64,000 nucleotides of DNA from Arenicellales bacterium (GTDB taxonomy: Bacteria > Pseudomonadota > Gammaproteobacteria > Arenicellales > JAJDZL01), in the NCBI GenBank assembly GCA_963662635.2, contig CAXXFC010000004.1, forward strand, positions 8,559-72,558. The letters are read 5' to 3'. Position 1 is the stretch's first letter; every line of letters begins with the position of its first letter. The position numbers were made by a program, and so were the translations under genes. The notes under the pieces are model-generated. The model was not told the DNA's origin. It searched no databases and saw nothing but the letters and a program-made list of their open reading frames with translations. Positions 58,808 through 64,000 of this stretch are shown piece by piece.

Positions 58808-59431
58808 TCAGCGAGCCGGTATCAGCCAGGTTTCGGAAATAGCCATAAAAGCGGTGCTCATTTCCTTGCCGAAGAATTGCCGTGTAGTAACCGAACCTGA
58901 AAGTTGTCGGCCATTGATAGAGATGCTGGCATCTTTCGATTCGAGGAAAACACTGTACATTTCGTGCTCACCGGTTGCCGACGCTTCGGCTGCCACTTCC
59001 GCGGCAAACGGCTCTTGAAGTTGACTCCATTTCATCGTTACTTCCAGATCGTCGCCGGATACCAATTTTTCGATCCATTCCTCCCGTAGATCACCGCTTG
59101 TGTATGCTTGGTCTATTTGTCGGAAAGTCATTGCGTCCAATCCTTTTCGCCCTCTGAAAGAGGGGAACTTGGACATATAGTCCCGAATCAGGTAACGTGT
59201 CAATTCTTCATTGTTGGTAAGGCATATATTATTGGCACCTGGTAATCCCATAGCATCGTCCGGCTGTTCCAGGACGATCATCGTTTCCCCGGTTCCGTGT
59301 GGGGAGAGATTGACGCGGAAGAATATTCCGAGCGAAGTCCAGTCTCCTGTCGGGTCCTCTTTCAGGTAAATTCCGGGGTTGTCTCCGGACCATTCTACTT
59401 TTCCAGGGTTTCTAGGGTTCAGTGGATCCAT
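58808..59431 (-). CDS. hypothetical protein (no family recognised)
   Basis: 207-aa ORF with a strong RBS (GGAGG 7 nt before the ATG). Protein-like composition. I recognise no motif. Confidence 0.55.
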   Translation of the reverse strand: MDPLNPRNPGKVEWSGDNPGIYLKEDPTGDWTSLGIFFRVNLSPHGTGETMIVLEQPDDAMGLPGANNICLTNNEELTRYLIRDYMSKFPSFRGRKGLDAMTFRQIDQAYTSGDLREEWIEKLVSGDDLEVTMKWSQLQEPFAAEVAAEASATGEHEMYSVFLESKDASISINGRQLSGSVTTRQFFGKEMSTAFMAISETWLIPAR

Positions 59432-60122
59432 TTTTTAACCTCCAAATTTCGCCAATCTTGTTGTAACAAGCTGCGAATAAAACTATAGAAATTGATTGAT
59501 ACGATGGTACTCTCAGACTCACAATCAGCGATGAGGATTGTCAGTACTGATGAAATAACATGTTCTTATCATTATTGTGGTTTGTATTCAAAATTGTATC
59601 ATCAGATCAAATTTATCTGTTGTCTACGACCGAAAGTGACAACTCGGGATTCAGGATTAAAGCTTCATCAACTAAATGACTTAATATATTGATATAAAAA
59701 ACAAACAGGCTTGCTTTTGGTTCTTCTGCACGTATTGAATAGGCTTACGGGACCTGAACGTGGAAAATTTCTCGCTAAATTGCCAGGACGCGATTTCAAC
59801 TCACGGTAAGGAAGCCTTGAGATGCATTATAGAGCCAAGATTCTGAATTGGCTTGTTGAGCAAACCTGCAGTTTTTCTCCGCCTACACTTTGTTGCGCTT
59901 GTCTGAGATATGCGGTACGAAGGCACTTTCGAATAGCTTAGATTACGGAATATGATTCCTTGAATGTGAGTTGTATCCTCATCGCTCGTAAGGGGAAATT
60001 TCACCTGCTTTGAGTGCCCCATGTTCCTCACACGATCGACCATAATTCACGTCGGCAACTAGAAAATATATTTTCTTAGCGATGCGCTACCCGATACATA
60101 CACCTGAGGGTTGAATCATTGT

Positions 60123-60995
60123 TTATACGGAAGCCTTGGTGTTTCGCATCTCCGACTGTGAAAGGAAAACGATCGCAAACACGATCAGTACGGAGCCGAA
60201 AATTGTCCACGAATCCGGAAACTCCTGAAATACGAGCAGTCCGATCACTGCAGCCCAGACGAGTCTGGTGCAGTTCACCGGAAGGACTACCGTTGCATCA
60301 TACATCTCTAAAGATTTCGTCATGCCGAGATGGCCGATTGTCCAACACAATCCAATCAAAATAATTTCCACGGATTGCTGCAATGTCATGGGCATCCAAA
60401 CGGGATATGCGCAAATTGCAGATACCAAGCTAGTCACCACGAGTGACCATGTTATTATCACTGTCGGTGTTTCCGTTCGGGCGAGTACTTTCGATACGAC
60501 CTGTGCCAGACCCCATATTAATGAAGCCAGCAGGATCGCGTAGGCTCCCAATGAGGCGTCAATGTATCCCGGTCGTAGGATTGCGAAAATTCCAAAGAAT
60601 GTAACAAGAATGCTGACCAATCGATGAGAATTCATAACTTCCCGCAGAAAAACGACTGATAGGATTACGGCGAAGACGATACCGACAAAGCTGAGAGACG
60701 TTGCTTCAACGAGTGGTGTCAACGTCAATCCGAAGAAATAAACTAAGTTTGCAAAAGCGACTAGTAAGCCCCGAAAGATAAGCAGATTCTTGCGTTGAGA
60801 CTGGAATAGGGACGGTATTCTGAACTTTGAAAGAACAGCGAGTGAAATCAACCCTACAATGCTGCTGACAAAGGTTATCTGAAAACTGTGAATATCTTGC
60901 CCAAGGTGTCGCACCAGCGCCTGCATGGTAGCAAGAAACAATGTCGAAGTCGCCATCAACAGGATTGCGCCTGTGACTGGTGGAAAACGCTGCAT
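60123..60995 (-). CDS. DMT-superfamily (EamA-type) transporter
   Basis: 290-aa ORF with ~10 hydrophobic segments and two EamA-like halves. Confidence 0.75.
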   Translation of the reverse strand: MQRFPPVTGAILLMATSTLFLATMQALVRHLGQDIHSFQITFVSSIVGLISLAVLSKFRIPSLFQSQRKNLLIFRGLLVAFANLVYFFGLTLTPLVEATSLSFVGIVFAVILSVVFLREVMNSHRLVSILVTFFGIFAILRPGYIDASLGAYAILLASLIWGLAQVVSKVLARTETPTVIITWSLVVTSLVSAICAYPVWMPMTLQQSVEIILIGLCWTIGHLGMTKSLEMYDATVVLPVNCTRLVWAAVIGLLVFQEFPDSWTIFGSVLIVFAIVFLSQSEMRNTKASV

Positions 60996-61075
60996 TTGCT
61001 CAATATTTGTAGAAGACTGCCGACACGACTTGTGTCAGTTGGATTGCAAGACGAGAATGTTCAGCTGCTATTGGT

Positions 61076-62158
61076 TTATTCTGCGTTTAAAACCAATGAA
61101 TCTGGCGCGTTCCAGCATACTTCAACCTGTGTATCGGGGTTTAAAGGAACTTGATCCGGCCGTTGTTCCACCAGAAATGGTCTGCTTGCTCCAACATCAA
61201 CAAACACGTCCAGTAGATTGCCGGAAAAAGTAGAACTGATGACTTTACCCGGGATGCAGTTGTCATACCTGTCTTCGTGTCCCGACTTGCCGATAACAAG
61301 TTTTTCCGGCCGGATGCCGACGCAGAGAGATTTGGACATTGCTTCGGCTTCTGTAGTGATATTTGCGCGAATTTTAAGGTCATTGAGAATATTCAGTTCA
61401 GCGACCTCTCTGGATTTGCCCAACAGTTTTGCATCTAGCAAATTGATGCGTCCGACAAAATCGGCAACAAAGGAACTTTGCGGAAAGTTATATATATCCC
61501 TTGCCGTACCGACCTGTTCAACTTCACCGTTTCTCATAACGGCAATTCGATCGGACATGTTCATTGCTTCAGTCTGGTCGTGGGTGACGAAAACCGTTGT
61601 AATCTGCAATTCCTGTTGAATTCTCCGCAACTCCAACTGCATGGCTTCCCGGAGCTTAAGATCAAGAGCGCCTAGCGGTTCGTCCATAAGCAAGACTCTA
61701 GGTGGATATGCGACGGCTCGCGCTACTGAAATTCGCTGTGCCTGTCCGCCGCTCAGTTCTGAGGGATAACGTCCTTCCACACCTGGTAAGCGTACAAGTT
61801 CGAGTAATTCCCCGACCCGGTCATTGATTTTCTCTTTGGGAGTACGTCTTTCCCGAAGGGGAAAGGCGATGTTTTCCTTTATGGTGAGATGCGGGAAAAG
61901 TGCATAGTCCTGGAAAACCATTCCGATTTCCCGTTTCTGTGGGGGAAGATTCGTTATGTCCTGATCTCCCAGCAGAATCTGTCCCTGATCCGGGTCGTTG
62001 AATCCCGCAATCAGCCGGAGCGTGGTTGTTTTGCCGCAACCAGAGGGTCCGAGGAGGGTGATGAATTCACCCTCCTCAATTTCCAAACTAATAGTCTTAA
62101 GAGCGACTACACTGCCAAATGTCTTGGTGACATTCCGTAGAACGACGCGCTGTGACAT
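61076..62158 (-). CDS. ABC transporter ATP-binding protein (PotA/MalK-type with C-terminal TOBE-like domain)
   Basis: 360-aa ORF with GPSGCGKTT, LSGGQAQRISVARA and LMDEPLGALD. Confidence 0.9.
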   Translation of the reverse strand: MSQRVVLRNVTKTFGSVVALKTISLEIEEGEFITLLGPSGCGKTTTLRLIAGFNDPDQGQILLGDQDITNLPPQKREIGMVFQDYALFPHLTIKENIAFPLRERRTPKEKINDRVGELLELVRLPGVEGRYPSELSGGQAQRISVARAVAYPPRVLLMDEPLGALDLKLREAMQLELRRIQQELQITTVFVTHDQTEAMNMSDRIAVMRNGEVEQVGTARDIYNFPQSSFVADFVGRINLLDAKLLGKSREVAELNILNDLKIRANITTEAEAMSKSLCVGIRPEKLVIGKSGHEDRYDNCIPGKVISSTFSGNLLDVFVDVGASRPFLVEQRPDQVPLNPDTQVEVCWNAPDSLVLNAE

Positions 62159-62194
62159 TGCTGGCGATCGGAAGAATCTATTGCGTTACCGCTC

Positions 62195-63256
62195 CTACTG
62201 GGCGATTGCTCTGTTCCACTGGTCGGTCCAGTCCGGAATGATGACCTTCGAATAGTCGACTCTCAGTTGGTTGGCAACTTTTTCTGGATCCAAAACAATC
62301 ATTTCCGCTACAAGCGCGTCATCGGCCATTGATTCAAAGACACTCAGATTGACAGGAACCAGGCCGGTTTTTATCGCCATTTTCAACTGGTAGTCGGAAC
62401 TGATGAACTGATTGATATACCATTGGGCAGCTTCGGCGTTTTTGCTGTTTTTCATGACACCCCACCAGCCTTCTGAAGCGACACCCACAAGCTCGTCATT
62501 GATGCGTGGATGGACGCTTGTAACATTCTGCCCCGCGAGTTTTTTGGCGCGCAGGCACCAGCCTGCATGAACGACTGCTGCAATGATGTCTCCGGACTCA
62601 AATTGTGCCATCGTCTCACCTCCACGAGCCCAGAACTTGAGAACATTCATCTCTTTGACGAGTTTCAGACCCGGCTCAATGTTGGTTTCGTTACCACCTT
62701 CAGCAAACGTTACACCGGCCAGACCGGTAAGACCACCACCTGAATTGATGTCAGGAAACTGAAGCCGTCCGGCAATTTTTGGATGCACGAGATCGCGATA
62801 GGTTTCAGGCACTGGAATTCCTTCTTCTGCAAATTTGTCCTGATGGTAGCAGATGACTTCCTGGGTTTCCCAAGACCCGACCAACCACTCGTTATAGCGG
62901 CTTTCGGCCAGGAATTCAGTGTTGGGCATCAGGCTCAAATCCAGTGGGTGAAGCACGTCCAGTTCATGATAGTCTTTGACCTGAGCGGCAAGAATTTCCA
63001 CAACGTCAAATGGCGCTTGACCGCGTGCGGCGACAATTTTTGCGAAATTCGCTGCCGGGGAACCGGTAACGAACTCAACTTTCCCGCCTTCCGCTTCAAA
63101 CTTCGATACGATATTCTCCACCTGGTTGTCTTTCCACAAACCTCCCCACGTACCAACGAGCAGCGTAACACCATCAAATTGGCCTGCCAAGGCTGATGAC
63201 GAAAAAAATATTGCAATGATTAAGCCAGTCAAAGCTTTTCTAGCTGTTTTAAACAT
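62195..63256 (-). CDS. ABC transporter periplasmic substrate-binding protein (family 1, PotD/AfuA-like)
   Basis: 353-aa ORF with a signal peptide. It lies directly upstream of the ATPase. Substrate unknown. Confidence 0.7.
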   Translation of the reverse strand: MFKTARKALTGLIIAIFFSSSALAGQFDGVTLLVGTWGGLWKDNQVENIVSKFEAEGGKVEFVTGSPAANFAKIVAARGQAPFDVVEILAAQVKDYHELDVLHPLDLSLMPNTEFLAESRYNEWLVGSWETQEVICYHQDKFAEEGIPVPETYRDLVHPKIAGRLQFPDINSGGGLTGLAGVTFAEGGNETNIEPGLKLVKEMNVLKFWARGGETMAQFESGDIIAAVVHAGWCLRAKKLAGQNVTSVHPRINDELVGVASEGWWGVMKNSKNAEAAQWYINQFISSDYQLKMAIKTGLVPVNLSVFESMADDALVAEMIVLDPEKVANQLRVDYSKVIIPDWTDQWNRAIAQ

Positions 63257-63629
63257 TTCACACTTCCTCAGTTACTATTTTTCTAATCGATAATTTAATT
63301 TTCAGTTTGAGACGAAGCAGATATACGGGTTGGGACCACCTCGCTTTTGCCAAAAGCCAACCAGACTATCGTCTTGCTTCATACACACATTTCTAAACTG
63401 TTTGTAGAGTTTACTACAAAACACGATGAAAACCATAAACTACTGAAAAGATGAGGTGATGTTTACATTTGTCGGTTTACTGCCTAGTCCCTGCACTTCC
63501 ACTTCGCTCTCGGTCGGTGGAAGCGAAATTTATCTTTGGCAAATTAAGAGCGGCAAGAAATTTATTGATCGCTAAGTTTGTCAGAAGGGCGATCATAGTT
63601 CTTGGGAATGTCAAACTAGCCTGGTACGA

Positions 63630-64000
63630 TTACCCCACACCGCGAGAACCGCCTACTTTCAAAAGCGCATCGAGTCCGATAACTTTTTGAACGAGCAAAA
63701 GCAGGCACAGGCAAATGATAATGACTAATGTAGCAGATGCCATCAGGCTCGGTTCGAAATCATTTTCAAGTGCGAAGAATATTTCGACTGGATAGGTAAC
63801 GAATCCAGGTGCACTAAGAAATATTGCAACTGGAACATCCGAAAACGAAACCATGAACGCGTATAACGCGCCCGCATAGACTCCGGGCATGATTACTGGC
63901 AGGGTGACGCGGAAAAACGCACGCCTCGGTGATGCTCCATGAATTACAGCGGCTTCCTCCAGCCGCGTATCGAATCTTTGCAGAATCGCGGTCACAGTTC
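63630..64000 (-). CDS. ABC transporter permease (PotC-like), C-terminal part; 5' end off the window
   Basis: The ORF track shows 63630..63995, and the frame stays open to the window edge. EAA-loop region LEEAAVIHGASPRRAFFRVTLPVIMPG. Confidence 0.75.
   Translation of the reverse strand, partial: TVTAILQRFDTRLEEAAVIHGASPRRAFFRVTLPVIMPGVYAGALYAFMVSFSDVPVAIFLSAPGFVTYPVEIFFALENDFEPSLMASATLVIIICLCLLLLVQKVIGLDALLKVGGSRGVG

Noticed and set aside
1-64000. Search for tRNA, rRNA, tmRNA and CRISPR loci across the window.
   Set aside because: GTTCGAATC/GTTCAAATC-type T-loop strings occur only inside well-supported coding regions. There is no rRNA-like sequence and no spaced repeat array, so none is called.

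Overview
Bacterial chromosomal window, almost fully coding, with about 55 supportable genes. The synteny hinT / bamE-GNAT-recN-nadK / hrcA-grpE-dnaK-dnaJ-yoaA-tsaB / corC-like / ffh suggests a gammaproteobacterium (inference). Around this housekeeping core sit accessory modules for nitrogenous or methylated compounds. (i) 1.9-8.0 kb: FGase-isochorismatase-M20 (remnant), divergent from rpiR-GS-like-ocd (frameshifted). (ii) 8.6-13.8 kb: corrinoid protein, methyl-THF:corrinoid methyltransferase, RACo-type reductive activator and a translationally coupled D-aminoacylase-family amidohydrolase, with no recognisable substrate methyltransferase. (iii) 16-20.4 kb: acuI-like reductase and serine-cycle genes mcl-mtkA-mtkB. 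(iv) 42.8-55.0 kb: a 12-gene co-directional cluster of Rieske oxygenase, aminotransferase, split TPP decarboxylase, polar amino-acid ABC transporter and soxBDAG. (v) 55.3-58.8 kb: DUF1116-amidase-AstE/AspA-type deacylase. (vi) 60-64 kb: a DMT transporter and a PotA-type ABC transporter. The most unusual segment is a ~7.5-kb AT-richer insertion (20.4-28.1 kb) bounded on the left by a decayed IS21 istB fragment. It holds a PD-(D/E)xK-like protein, a ~990-aa N6-adenine DNA methyltransferase broken by a 1-nt frameshift exactly in its NPPF motif, and an AlbA_2/HATPase_c_4 protein with 18 perfect in-frame 12-bp repeats, (AQDT)n. I read it as a candidate restriction/defence module of unclear type. 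No rRNA, tRNA or CRISPR array was seen. Three long genes (ocd, the MTase, recN) are interrupted by single-base frameshifts that could be sequencing artefacts. All functional calls rest on motif and family recognition by eye; no database search was possible.
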